Origin: Trypanosoma brucei
Taxonomy: Eukaryota
DNA: 64,000 bases
Reading direction: 5' to 3'
NCBI GenBank assembly: GCA_000002445.1
Contig: CM000207.1
Coordinates: forward strand, 704,001-768,000
This document shows, piece by piece, positions 53,331-64,000 of the stretch. A model generated the notes under the pieces. The model did no database searches, was not told the origin of the DNA, and worked only from the letters and a program-made list of their open reading frames with translations. Position 1 is the first letter of the stretch. Each line of letters begins with the position of its first letter. Both the position numbers and the translations under genes were made by a program.

Positions 53331-55013
53331 ATGCCTGCGAAGCGACGGCCGGTAAACATTGATAATGATGAAGTGATTGACTTCTCTACCGTTGGCAGTT
53401 CAAACATGATGAAGACGCCGGTACCTACCACGCTTCTGAAAAGTGTTGTTGATCTGAGCTCGTCAGAGCCCCCTTCCTCAGAGGCGGTAACAACTGCCAG
53501 CGCCATGGACATGAGACTGAACGCGTACACGCATCGCCATGCACCACGTCGTCGCATAGGTTTCTGCTGTAATATAGCACCGCAACCCATTGCAGTTAGT
53601 GGGGCGTCAGCATTACCCAAATCAACAACTGCCCCCACGGCTGCATCACCATCAAGTGCCGTTTCCCATGGTAGCAACACCACCTCTATGAGTGCCGATA
53701 GCAAAGAGCAGTTGGACGCGTTCTGGCGGGAGGAGGCGGCGCGGCGCGAGGAGAAGTCCAAGCAAGTAAGCCGCCAGCAGTACGAACAGCAATTGTGCGA
53801 CCTGTTTCGTGGTGCTGCACCGTTAGTGACTCCTGACCCAAAACCTTCCGGGAATGAGGACGGAAGTCGTGACATGGTTGAGCATCGTGCATATTCTCTA
53901 CTAGAACAGTTTTTTACTGACGGTGTACCGGATGTAGAGCCGTGGGATCATTGGGCACTGACGATGCCACGTTACAGTCGATCTAACATCGCTGTGGGCA
54001 TTAGCTTGGATCGGATATATCACCCTACGTTACCACCGACACACTACTCACAACTGTACCTCCATGCACCAAACAGTGAGGAGACTGTGTTCAGACTGCC
54101 AAAAACAAGGGATGAGCTGCGTGCCGAACGCCAGGAGCGGATGCGAAAAGCGAAGGAGGAACGTGATCGTGCCAAGAAAGCGGCTAAACAAAATGAACAG
54201 CTCACCGTTGTGGAATCCACCGGTGGTGGCCCAGCAAAAGTATCAATAACAGTAAGCGCAAAGGACCGACTTAGTAACCGCAACCTGCGGTACAACCTCT
54301 TCGGCGATAGTGTGCTGAACCCGTTAGGAACTGATAACAAAGTTTTTTCACAGTACCAAGAGCGCTTTCTGGAGCACCAGCGAAGGAACCATAAACGGCA
54401 CGTAGAGGCCATTCCCCATCAAATTGAAAAGCGTAAGCAAGATATAAAGCGGCACTCGGAGGAGCGACCTGTATTCCGTGCCTACCACATCTACCCCATA
54501 TACAGCTCAGCGCACTTGGGGAAGCTTCGTAACTTTGCAAATGACGGTTTGCTTCGCGGTTTCGTTTTGTGGATTTGCCGCTGCCATGCGATTATTGTCC
54601 TGACTGGTGGTGAGGTGGCAGTGCGGCACCTGGAGCGTTGGATACTCGAAAAGATGAAGTGGGAATCGTCGGAGACGAAAGCTGTGCGCCTTATGACGTG
54701 TCCCCTACCGGATCCCGCAACCTTTTCATTTGTTCGGCAGAAATCTCGGAAGCGTGATCGGCAACAACAGGGAGACGATGGCAGCCGAGGGCGTGAAGAG
54801 AATCAACTGGAGGGAGACCGTCATGGCACCGATGGGGAGCGGGCACATGTGTACATGAATTTTGTGGAGAGTGTACAGGAGGGCGAATCGTTCATGTGCA
54901 ACATGCCAGCAGAAGGCCCTTGGCGGGACCTTACCCATGTGTGGCGCGCAGCCGTTGGGGCAGTCGTAGCTGTGGGTGGTGGTAACAATACGGAAAGTCA
55001 GTCAACTGTGTGA
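53331..55013 (+). CDS. hypothetical protein (560 aa) with a basic coiled-coil segment
   Basis: ORF from an ATG. It is preceded by a C16 homopolymer at 53203 to 53218. An internal ELRAERQERMRKAKEERDRAKKAAKQNEQ coiled-coil is present; no enzymatic motif. Confidence 0.45.
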   Translation: MPAKRRPVNIDNDEVIDFSTVGSSNMMKTPVPTTLLKSVVDLSSSEPPSSEAVTTASAMDMRLNAYTHRHAPRRRIGFCCNIAPQPIAVSGASALPKSTTAPTAASPSSAVSHGSNTTSMSADSKEQLDAFWREEAARREEKSKQVSRQQYEQQLCDLFRGAAPLVTPDPKPSGNEDGSRDMVEHRAYSLLEQFFTDGVPDVEPWDHWALTMPRYSRSNIAVGISLDRIYHPTLPPTHYSQLYLHAPNSEETVFRLPKTRDELRAERQERMRKAKEERDRAKKAAKQNEQLTVVESTGGGPAKVSITVSAKDRLSNRNLRYNLFGDSVLNPLGTDNKVFSQYQERFLEHQRRNHKRHVEAIPHQIEKRKQDIKRHSEERPVFRAYHIYPIYSSAHLGKLRNFANDGLLRGFVLWICRCHAIIVLTGGEVAVRHLERWILEKMKWESSETKAVRLMTCPLPDPATFSFVRQKSRKRDRQQQGDDGSRGREENQLEGDRHGTDGERAHVYMNFVESVQEGESFMCNMPAEGPWRDLTHVWRAAVGAVVAVGGGNNTESQSTV

Positions 55014-55421
55014 CATGGACCCAATCGTACTGTGAGTTGAAGCGCCGCGGGCTTTAGGCCTGTGGGGTTTTTATATTTTGTTTTGTGTATGTGCTTCGGC
55101 AGATTCGTATGTGTTTCTTCCGCTGAAGACTGTGTGGTCGTGGGTTCTGTTGTGTTAAACGCTGCTATTTGACCTTTCCACACCGCAACACGAGACTTTC
55201 CTCCCCATGGAATTATGATTTATTTTTACCTTATAGGAGAATTGAAGGGAAAAAGTTTAGATACGAGAGCAAAAGAGGAGGTACAGGAAATCGCTTGAGC
55301 AGAAAGTTATCGCATCCGCAAGAGGCCTTCCAGAGAAGAAGGAACAGAGGCCAGCAGGTAGTATCACCGCCTATTTTTCAGGAACTAAATTGTTACGGAG
55401 GACTTTATCGCTACAATAAAT

Positions 55422-56405
55422 ATGCTTCCATGTCCGTCGTTCTCTACCACAACTCCAAGGTTTGACATGGACACCTATCTGGGTCGTACTTTTTACTTTT
55501 TTTCCACCATCAACCCACTGTTGTGCTTTGAGACGTCAAACTCATTGAAGCGCCATCAGGAGCTGCTCAATCGTGTGGCAGCGGGAGAGGAAGGGGTTGC
55601 AAGCGACAGACAACTGTGGAAAGCACGCACTGCAATAGAAATATGCGTGCATCCCACCACTAAGGAAGTTATATTTCCACCTTACAGGATGTGTGCTTTC
55701 CTTCCTGTGAATAGTTTTATCGTACCCTTCATGATGTCACCGACGACCATTGCAAGCCCTGCGCTCACAATATTCATTCAGTGGTTTAACCAGAGCTATA
55801 ACTGCGCGGTGAATTATGCAAATCGCTCCTCCGATAAGCAACCGATGTCGGAACTATCTAAGGCGTACGTCGCCGCTGTTGGTGTTTCCTGCGCCGGAGC
55901 ACTAGGTGCTACAGCAATGCTGAAGAAAGTAAAAGGTGGCACATTGAAAGCCACAGCTGTTCGTGCGGGGTTACCTTTCGTGGCGGTATCTGCGGCGGCA
56001 ATTGTGAATCTTTCTCTAATGCGTAAGAATGAGTGGATTCCATCAGGCACTGGCCTACAAGTTGTTGACGAGGATGGTGAGGTGCGGGGCAGCAGTCGTG
56101 TTGCCGGCATGCAAAGTCTCATGATGTGTTCCGTCACGCGTGTTACATGGAACCTTATTTCCATGGTGTTGCCGCTTTTGATGATGCGACCACTCCTTGC
56201 CCGCTGTGCAGCTGTTCGGGCTCGACCTGTTGTGTATGAAACAGCACTGCAGATTGCCAGCCTCGGCGTCGGTGTTCCGCTTGCATTGGGTGCATTTAGC
56301 ACAACAGTGAGTGTACCTGCGAATCGGTTGGAGCCGGAACTTCGTGGGTTGAAGCGAAAGGACGGCTCGCCTGTTGAAATATTCACGTATTACAAGGGTT
56401 TGTAG
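55422..56405 (+). CDS. sideroflexin (mitochondrial tricarboxylate/serine carrier family)
   Basis: N-terminal PRFDMDTYLGRTFYFF corresponds to the PRWDQSTF.GR..HFF box. HPTTKEVIFPPYRMCAFLPVNSF and FIQWFNQSYNCAVNYANRS correspond to the HP.T.E.I..P.RMS and FWQW.NQS.NA.VNY.NR signature motifs. The length (327 aa) and four to five hydrophobic segments fit. Confidence 0.7.
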   Translation: MLPCPSFSTTTPRFDMDTYLGRTFYFFSTINPLLCFETSNSLKRHQELLNRVAAGEEGVASDRQLWKARTAIEICVHPTTKEVIFPPYRMCAFLPVNSFIVPFMMSPTTIASPALTIFIQWFNQSYNCAVNYANRSSDKQPMSELSKAYVAAVGVSCAGALGATAMLKKVKGGTLKATAVRAGLPFVAVSAAAIVNLSLMRKNEWIPSGTGLQVVDEDGEVRGSSRVAGMQSLMMCSVTRVTWNLISMVLPLLMMRPLLARCAAVRARPVVYETALQIASLGVGVPLALGAFSTTVSVPANRLEPELRGLKRKDGSPVEIFTYYKGL

Positions 56406-57177
56406 TTGGTGGGGATAATTTTTCCCGTCGCGTTTGCATGTGCATGTGTGTATATGTGTGTGTGCGTGTGCGTGAAGGGACGCTGCTGGCGTGCCACTGT
56501 GGCATTATAATTTTGTTCTGTGCTGGGAATGCGCCGAATGCGTTAGAAGATGACTCAGTTAAAGCAGAATGGGGGGAAAATTTAAAAAAATGAGGAGGGA
56601 AAGAAAGAAAGAGAAGAGAATCATTATCGTACGTGGAGGTTTGAGTTTTTTTTCTTTATTGTTCCTTATCATTCCATGAAAACGAAATCATGAGGTTTAG
56701 CGGTTTTACCCCCTACCCCTACTCCCATTCTCATCTCTTTCTCTTTGCCTCCCCTTTTCCTTTTTTCCTTTTACCTATTTTTTTTTTGTATAGGCATGTT
56801 TCGGTAAAAGCAGGGGGATGGTGGCACTTTTACTTTCCTTCGACGCGAGGCCGACTGAACTTTCCACTATGATGAAGCGGGAAGATGCGGTAAAGGGTTA
56901 AAAAACGGAGTGAACGATTTTTATTAATTTGTTTAAAAAGAATGAAAAGAGGAGGTATTAACGAATTGTGTGGATAACACGAAGCGTTTTTTTAATAAAA
57001 GGAAGAAAGAAAGGGAAAGCACCTTGTTGTGCTGTATCCTCTTCTCCACATTTTTAATGATGACTGCGTGGTTTTTCTTTCTTCCTTCTCTCTTTTTATT
57101 CCTCTCAGAAGTATGTCTACCCCCGAAAATATATAAATATCCAAATATGCAGGTGTGTCTGTATTTATGTTTATGTT

Positions 57178-57180
<3 letters not shown>

Positions 57181-57210
<30 letters not shown>
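57181..57210. repeat. (TA)15 microsatellite inside a 3.2-kb low-complexity intergenic region (56406 to 59642)
   Basis: atatatatatatatatatatatatatatat. Further (TA)n runs lie at 57650 to 57667 and 58341 to 58373. Flanks are T-rich and A/G-rich homopolymer-like. Confidence 0.85.
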
Positions 57211-57214
<4 letters not shown>

Positions 57215-59642
57215 TTATTTATTCATATGTATGAATTTGTTTTTTTATTGATTTGCTCTATGCACCTGCTGTCTCTTTTGTTCATTCCCTTTGGATTCAC
57301 CGCACCACTTTGGCTACTGGTACGTCGCCGCGACGCATACAACTAAGAGAAAAACAAAATAAAAATATACGGCACCATGGCGAAAAAAAGGTGCACTGAC
57401 TCAGCAACACATGTACACGCATAATCAGACGCACACAAAATACACTTAAATGATGTGGACGACCATTTCGTGGGATCGTAGAGGACAATATACGCAAAAT
57501 AGAAACAATTAATGGGGAGGAGAAAATGTAGTCGACATTTTACGAAAAGGTGGGATTTATTTTCAGTTGTCGGGCTGTTAAATATATGCAGCTTCCACAC
57601 GACCCTCTCCCCTTGTGGGACTTGTCTCTGGATTTCACTGCCTCTTTCAATATATATATATATATATGCTTGTGTGTTTATGTGTTTTATTTTAATCGTT
57701 ATTATTTTCATCACTGTGTGTTGTGCTTTGCGACTCACACGTGGTTTTATTTGTTCCTTTTCTTACTTACTTTTTTTTTCTTGAGTTTTGTTATTATTAT
57801 TATTATTTTAATTTTTTTTTTCGTTGTTCCTCTCTCTGTTTTTTTTTTGTACTGCAGAAAACGGTAGTGAGGAATACAGTGCAAAGGATGGGTGTATATC
57901 GCATGTGACCATTTGGCGTTTTTTTTCTTTTTATTCTTTTCTTCAACATATCACTTATTTATAACGTCATGCAGGGGTAATTTTGTTTGATTCGGTTTTA
58001 TTTATGTATTTGCTTTCCTTTTTTCTTTTTTTCTTTTTTAAGGAAAAAAAATTTCCATTTCCATTTGTTTTTGTTACTTTTTTTTTTTTTCCAGACACCC
58101 TGTCTTCTTTTTTTTTTTTCATATTTTTGCTACTGTGGCAGTTTTGCTTTTTTTTCTTTTGTGAGGGAAAGGGAGAGATTCTCAGGGTTCGAAGAGAAAC
58201 ACAAGGAGCGATGAAAATGTGTGCGGCTGCGTTTTGAAGGTTTTGTTACACTTTTGTCCTCTTCTTAGTGGTTCAATCACTGAAAATAAAATAGTCCCCC
58301 CCCCAGCGCATACTCAAATATAAATATAAACAAATATAAACAAATATAAGTATATATATATATATATATATATTTATTTATTTATATACGCTAATTTCAG
58401 GTGACAATTGTCTAGAAGAAACAGACAGGTATATGTTCATATTTATTTATATTTATGTGTATGCGCAGTGGAGGTGTAATAAACTTATCTATACTGTCCA
58501 CGGGAAATGAAAGTGTGAGGGTACACTTCTTTCTTTCCTTCCCTTCGGTTTGTGTATTGTTTTCGTTTTTTCTTTTTTTTTAAAAAAAAAGAAAAGAAAG
58601 GGGGAAACATGTTGAATGTTCGATGGCTTATTATTTTTCACTCCTCGTTTGGTCTGTTCATTTGAAGGGCTTGCAAGCCAAGTTTGTGATCGCTTTTGTG
58701 TGTTTGTGTGGGTGTGTATTCATGTGCGTTCAGCAAATATTTTGTTTTTCTTTCTTTTTTTATTTTTGTTCATTTATCGGTTACGGGAAAACAAAGGTGT
58801 TGAATAGAAGGTGACAGAGGCAAAAAGCGATGAAACGATGATATCAATCCCCCCTTGCTCTTCCCAATTATTAAGAAAAAGGGAAGGGAAACTTAAAACA
58901 AAACAAACAAACACTGATTTAATCGCTAACCTCGCATCAAACGCATCCTAGGTGTGTAGCAAGTGTATCTGCACCTCTATAAAATGTTTTAAAGTATTTT
59001 TTTAAATTTAAAATAAAAAAGTGTCTTCATTGCATTTTATTTTGTTTTATCTCTTCGCTTTTCTTCTATTTTATATTAGGGTGCAGCGGCAAGGAGGAAC
59101 ACCACCACCACCACTTCCTCCACCAGGTCTCAGCAGCAACGGTAGCGTGGGAGAGAAATTGGGGGACGGGGAAGGAAAGAAGGAAACTTAAGCAAAAAAA
59201 AGAAAAGAAAAGAAAGAAAAGAAGTGAAGTGAAGTGAAGGCCATAAAGGCACAATTTATTGTACAAGAACGGAAGAAATAAAAAGCGGCGAGGGCTGTAA
59301 ACCCTCAGGGCGATAACCACAATCGCCAGCATCATATTAACACATACGTGGCCCGGTTGGCTGTGCGGTACGGCTCATTGGCGGGCCAAAGTGTCTGTGA
59401 GCAAAAGGAAAAAAATAATAAATTAATTTAATCAGTGGGAAACGCCGGGTCGTGCAGGTGTGTCCGAGGTTGAGTAAATCAAGGTTTTGAGACAGTGTCG
59501 GTGGACAGTGATTGGAAAGAAAAAAGGAGGAGAGAAAAAAAAAACGGCAATCAACAGGGGAAAGAAAGAGAGAGGGAAGGAAGGAAAAGAGGGAGGGGGG
59601 ATCTTCACAAGAGAAAAGTTAAAGCCATAGAACCAATAAAAC

Positions 59643-62288
59643 ATGACCGAATCTGAGAAAGCCCGTACCGTGACAGGGAGGGGACTCGTGGATTTACCTC
59701 AGCGGTTTAGTCAAGTGGACATAACGTACGCGGCATCCACATCCAACCAAACATCCGCTCGAACGGCTGAACCAACAGCTCCGATTCTTACTGACATTGA
59801 GATTACTGAAAAGGCTAGTCTGGTAAATGATGTCAAAGGCGCTTACGCCTCAGATGGGTATCCGATATGTTGCTCAGGAAGCAAAACGGGTGGTGCCCTA
59901 TACGGTGCTTTCGTGGAGCTTCGGAACCCTTCCCTGCATGGTGTAACGTTGCCACCAGCGGAAACTATCGTTGTTGCCAGCACTCCCAGCGACCCCGTTA
60001 AGCACTTCACTTCGGGGGGTGAAGGTGGCTCTCATTCAACTAATGGATCCGATGCTGATGGTGTGACTGCGGCGAGTAATATAGTTGACCCTCGCGCAGC
60101 CATCCTGCGTATTGTTTGGAAGCGTGGATCACATCTGCTTAATCCACATGCAGCAGAGCACTTGGATCTCCCAATGAAGGAAACACCCACCAAGACTGAG
60201 ATGTCGACATCAAGTGTAGTGCTTCCAAAACTTCCATGCTACGGGATCGAACGGCACCTGCGGCGGTTTCCCGATGGCGTGCACAGTGTGGACACTTCTC
60301 CCCGACTGAATGAACTTCTCTTGGATATTCCACCGGGTTCAGTGGGGGATACTGTGAAAACAGCACCACAAGAGCACGAGAAAAAGGCAGTTGACGATTT
60401 CCCTGATGGGGCAACCAGGGGTGCAAAGAAACGTACAAACAGTAATGGCAGCAGGAAAAGCAGAAGGAACAATAGATCGAAGGGCAATAATGCAGATATG
60501 GATGGAGATGACACATCTCCAGAGGATGGTGGCGGACGGAAGGGGGCGCCGTTACGAGAAAAGGAGCCCATGGGAAATGCACCTGTACAACTAACACTAA
60601 TAACAGCATGCAGTTTTAACCACCTCACTTTGTATGCTGTACGTCACCAGGCAGGAAATGTATTGGCGTTCGTACCACTGCAGACCATCATCGCCTCTGT
60701 AACGACGCGAAAAATTACCAGTCATTGTGTGTTTTTGCTGTCCGTTGATACATACGAGTCCTATGATTCCCCGGGTATGTGTACCTCTGGTGCTTCACCA
60801 GTATTGCACGGGGCGGAGAAGAAGGAACCGAAGAGAGGGACCGTGAAGCAAAAGCAAGGCCTTGGCGGTCAAGCGCTCAAAGGAGAAGGTGACAGCACTC
60901 CGCCATGTGAAGGGGGAAAGGAATTTTTGTTTGAACCCGTTCAAGTAGGTGGGGAGAGTTCCGGTGGTGGGGGAGTCATGCGCGTGGCGACCGTCTTTCT
61001 TGCGGTGGAGCCCTACTTGTTGCTGGGTAACCAGAGTGGGGATATTATGCTCTTCAGCGTTTTCAAGGGAAAAGTGGTGCAGCGGCTCAACCCTTCTGGA
61101 CTTCCCAGGTCAGACTCTTTCTTCAGAGGAAGCCAGGAAGATTCGACGGGGTCAAAGCAACTAGTAGGTGCAACTGTCTCGTGCATTGTGGAAATAAGCT
61201 GCGGTGCGGAGAAACGATTGACACGTTTAATTAGCAATGCGATTGCATCCCGTGTACGGGGCAGAGATCGTTTTACAGCTCCTTCTGTTGGAGCTGCGGG
61301 AACACCACCTTCTGTGTTTGCCGTCGGTTTTGATGACGGTCAGGTGCTGCTTGTGGACGTGACGGCTGAAGGAGCCTGCTTAAGTAAGCGTGTGAGCTCA
61401 TTCAGCGGGAATCCCATCCACGGGATCGCTATGCGGGCACCTCACTACTTTACAAGGGTATGGACTTCTCAGCAGTACATGAAGGGATATGAAAAGCAAC
61501 GCTCTCCCATATGCACGGTGTTTACACATGCGGATACCCTTACCTTCAACGAGGACGGTGCCATTGCCGCGGTATCTTCTAATGGCGGTGTCCTGCGTCT
61601 CCTGCGAGCACCCGAGATGGATGAGGAAGTGTGCCGATTGGCAACTCTTCACTGTGACACCGCAGGGGATTTCTTGTCTTTGCAGTGGATGTCAAGTTGT
61701 GTCGGTACAGCGCTTCTTCCTGATCTCCTCATCGCCACGAGCGAAGATGACAGTATTGGCGTTTACCAGTTTGTGCAGTCAAGGAATTGCACGACCAGCT
61801 TGGTTCGACAAGATGGTTTCACACCTGAGAGACCTAACTTTAATGCAAGTATGGATACTATACATGACAATATTACATTGATCTCACGGCGCTTCTTCCA
61901 TCACTCTTGGGTAGTTAATCTTACCACGATGCAGCGCCCCAACGGGAGTCTTCTGATCGCTACATCTTACGATGGTCGGAGTTCCTTCTGGCCAATCAGT
62001 TACGGCGGCACCACCGCCACTAATACTCCTGGCGGTTCACTCCCCCGCGGGGGAGGCTCTGAGGTGTCACTCCAAAAGTGCCTATCAGATTATCTTATAA
62101 GGGATATGGGTGCTAAGCTCCACAGTTTCGGGCACGTGTTTCCATCCCACCCAGCGGCGTCGTTTGTCCTTCACAAGGGCGACATATCGCGGTGCATCGT
62201 TGGTGGGGCTGGGAACAGTTACTTTATAGTTTCATTATGTTTGCAAGGGTTTGTGAAAGTATGGGAGGTGAAATGGAGTGGGGGATGA
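59643..62288 (+). CDS. hypothetical protein (881 aa) with WD40-like repeats in the C-terminal half
   Basis: ORF from an ATG. The C-terminal half has recurring beta-propeller-like blades (LLGNQSGDIMLFSV, FAVGFDDGQVLLVDV, VSSNGGVLRLLRA, IATSYDGRSSFWPI, GFVKVWEV). The N-terminal part is S/T/G-rich with a basic stretch (KKRTNSNGSRKSRRNNRSKG). Confidence 0.5.
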   Translation: MTESEKARTVTGRGLVDLPQRFSQVDITYAASTSNQTSARTAEPTAPILTDIEITEKASLVNDVKGAYASDGYPICCSGSKTGGALYGAFVELRNPSLHGVTLPPAETIVVASTPSDPVKHFTSGGEGGSHSTNGSDADGVTAASNIVDPRAAILRIVWKRGSHLLNPHAAEHLDLPMKETPTKTEMSTSSVVLPKLPCYGIERHLRRFPDGVHSVDTSPRLNELLLDIPPGSVGDTVKTAPQEHEKKAVDDFPDGATRGAKKRTNSNGSRKSRRNNRSKGNNADMDGDDTSPEDGGGRKGAPLREKEPMGNAPVQLTLITACSFNHLTLYAVRHQAGNVLAFVPLQTIIASVTTRKITSHCVFLLSVDTYESYDSPGMCTSGASPVLHGAEKKEPKRGTVKQKQGLGGQALKGEGDSTPPCEGGKEFLFEPVQVGGESSGGGGVMRVATVFLAVEPYLLLGNQSGDIMLFSVFKGKVVQRLNPSGLPRSDSFFRGSQEDSTGSKQLVGATVSCIVEISCGAEKRLTRLISNAIASRVRGRDRFTAPSVGAAGTPPSVFAVGFDDGQVLLVDVTAEGACLSKRVSSFSGNPIHGIAMRAPHYFTRVWTSQQYMKGYEKQRSPICTVFTHADTLTFNEDGAIAAVSSNGGVLRLLRAPEMDEEVCRLATLHCDTAGDFLSLQWMSSCVGTALLPDLLIATSEDDSIGVYQFVQSRNCTTSLVRQDGFTPERPNFNASMDTIHDNITLISRRFFHHSWVVNLTTMQRPNGSLLIATSYDGRSSFWPISYGGTTATNTPGGSLPRGGGSEVSLQKCLSDYLIRDMGAKLHSFGHVFPSHPAASFVLHKGDISRCIVGGAGNSYFIVSLCLQGFVKVWEVKWSGG

Positions 62289-62604
62289 GGCAGTTCATTT
62301 GTTTTCGCATGATTTATTCTTTATCGTATCGTCACTCGTTATCTTTATTTCGTTTATTCTAATTGATTAGCGTCCCCCTGTGCGCACGATTCACAGTTAC
62401 GTATATAAACTACTGTCATCTTTTTGTTCGCATTTCTCATAGTCGTTGTTGCGTGTGCGCCGCGTGTTAGTGACGGCGTGTGTATGTATGATTTCACTGT
62501 GTCATTAGATACTTTCCTTTCCACCATCATTCTGGTTTCATCTTAGGCGAGCCAGCACGCGGACACACAAATAAATATTGAGGAGAAGTGTGACGGAAGG
62601 TCGA

Positions 62605-62650
62605 ATATTTCTTTCTTCTCCATTCCTTTCCCATTCCACCAGATTTGTCT
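62605..62650 (+). promoter_or_regulatory. polypyrimidine tract plus AG upstream of REL1
   Basis: ctttcttctccattcctttcccattccaccagatttgtctttgtgtaAG lies about 120 nt upstream of the REL1 ATG. Confidence 0.35.
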
Positions 62651-62769
62651 TTGTGTAAGGGTGTACTTTATCTCAAGTTACACACGACGCTTAGCTGCAT
62701 CACTGTAATTTTACCCAAGTGGTGCTGTGGAAAACGAAAAGGGAAGGAACGTAGCGGAACGAAAAAGAG

Positions 62770-64000
62770 ATGCAACTCCAAAGGTTGGGTGCTCCACTAC
62801 TTAAAAGGCTTGTGGGGGGATGCATACGCCAATCAACGGCGCCGATTATGCCATGTGTTGTTGTTAGTGGCTCGGGTGGTTTTTTGACTCCCGTGCGTAC
62901 TTACATGCCGCTCCCCAATGATCAAAGTGACTTCTCACCGTACATCGAGATTGATTTGCCAAGTGAAAGCCGCATCCAATCACTGCATAAGAGCGGACTT
63001 GCGGCACAGGAGTGGGTTGCATGTGAAAAAGTGCATGGGACAAACTTTGGTATCTACTTAATTAACCAGGGAGACCACGAGGTTGTGAGGTTTGCAAAGC
63101 GTAGTGGCATCATGGACCCAAATGAGAATTTCTTTGGTTACCACATCCTTATCGACGAGTTCACAGCACAAATTCGTATTCTAAATGACCTATTGAAACA
63201 AAAATATGGACTGAGCCGTGTTGGGCGTTTGGTGCTCAATGGAGAACTGTTTGGTGCCAAGTATAAGCACCCACTCGTTCCAAAGAGTGAGAAGTGGTGC
63301 ACGCTACCAAACGGGAAGAAGTTCCCTATCGCCGGTGTTCAAATACAGAGGGAACCCTTTCCACAATATAGTCCAGAGCTCCATTTCTTTGCATTTGACA
63401 TTAAGTACAGTGTGAGTGGCGCGGAAGAGGACTTCGTGCTGCTTGGTTACGACGAGTTCGTCGAGTTTTCTTCCAAAGTGCCCAACCTGTTATACGCGCG
63501 GGCTCTTGTTCGTGGGACGTTGGATGAGTGTTTAGCATTTGATGTGGAGAATTTCATGACACCGCTGCCCGCGTTGCTTGGCTTAGGTAATTACCCCCTT
63601 GAGGGGAATTTGGCAGAGGGTGTGGTCATTCGTCACGTACGTCGCGGGGATCCGGCGGTAGAGAAACACAACGTCTCGACTATAATCAAACTCCGCTGCT
63701 CCAGTTTCATGGAGTTGAAGCACCCCGGTAAGCAGAAGGAACTGAAGGAGACATTTATCGACACGGTACGCTCCGGAGCTCTGCGGCGGGTGCGAGGGAA
63801 TGTGACCGTTATCTCAGACTCCATGTTGCCTCAGGTGGAGGCAGCGGCCAATGATCTGTTACTAAACAATGTAAGCGATGGCAGGTTGAGCAATGTGCTA
63901 TCGAAGATTGGTCGTGAACCTCTGCTGTCTGGGGAGGTATCGCAGGTTGATGTGGCGCTTATGCTTGCTAAGGACGCACTGAAAGACTTTCTCAAGGAGG
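62770..64000 (+). CDS. REL1: kinetoplastid RNA-editing ligase 1 (5' partial; 410 codons in window, continues past the right edge)
   Basis: Absent from the ORF track because there is no stop in the window. Manual translation from ATG 62770 (in-frame TAG at 62752) gives MQLQRLGAPLLKRLVGGCIRQSTAPIMPCVVVSGSGGFLTPVRTYMPLPNDQSDFSPYIEIDLPSESRIQSLHKSGLAAQEWVACEKVHGTNFGIYLIN... The ligase motif I, KVHGTNF, places its Lys at residue 87, matching the REL1 adenylation lysine K87. Motifs FAFDIKY and EGVVIRH follow. Confidence 0.8.
   Translation, partial: MQLQRLGAPLLKRLVGGCIRQSTAPIMPCVVVSGSGGFLTPVRTYMPLPNDQSDFSPYIEIDLPSESRIQSLHKSGLAAQEWVACEKVHGTNFGIYLINQGDHEVVRFAKRSGIMDPNENFFGYHILIDEFTAQIRILNDLLKQKYGLSRVGRLVLNGELFGAKYKHPLVPKSEKWCTLPNGKKFPIAGVQIQREPFPQYSPELHFFAFDIKYSVSGAEEDFVLLGYDEFVEFSSKVPNLLYARALVRGTLDECLAFDVENFMTPLPALLGLGNYPLEGNLAEGVVIRHVRRGDPAVEKHNVSTIIKLRCSSFMELKHPGKQKELKETFIDTVRSGALRRVRGNVTVISDSMLPQVEAAANDLLLNNVSDGRLSNVLSKIGREPLLSGEVSQVDVALMLAKDALKDFLKE

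Overview
This window looks like Trypanosoma brucei nuclear DNA, most likely the chromosome 9 region carrying the fatty acyl-CoA synthetase (ACS) array. The organism call is an inference from memory of the gene families, not a database hit. Every supportable gene is on the + strand, so the window behaves as one polycistronic transcription unit. Pyrimidine tracts followed by AG lie upstream of the genes, as expected for trans-splicing acceptor regions. Genes in order are: a Qc-SNARE; a TMEM208/SND2-like membrane protein; two hypothetical proteins; a Pol X-like (DNA polymerase beta fold) protein; and two near-perfect tandem copies of a 6,487-bp unit, each holding 40S ribosomal protein S7, a 361-aa hypothetical protein, an isochorismatase-family nicotinamidase and chimeric gene fragments. 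A partial third copy of that unit leads into a BRAP2/IMP-like RING plus ZnF-UBP E3 ligase. Next is a 1,314-aa protein with a P-loop domain followed by capping-enzyme or ligase-like nucleotidyltransferase motifs and C-terminal zinc knuckles, whose motif I (KxDG) is degenerate. A ~5.9-kb gene-free, microsatellite-rich tract follows, containing a perfect 36-bp-arm palindrome. After it come four tandem acyl-CoA synthetases (ACS1 to ACS4; ACS3 and ACS4 are near-identical and show mosaic gene-conversion tracts). The remaining + strand genes are three hypotheticals, a sideroflexin, and a hypothetical with WD40-like C-terminal repeats. The 5' part of RNA-editing ligase REL1 runs off the right edge; the ORF track misses it because it has no stop in the window. 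The track also uses TTG/GTG as start codons, so several CDS starts were moved to the first in-frame ATG. No rRNA, CRISPR or recognisable retroelement was seen. No tRNA was identified by eye.
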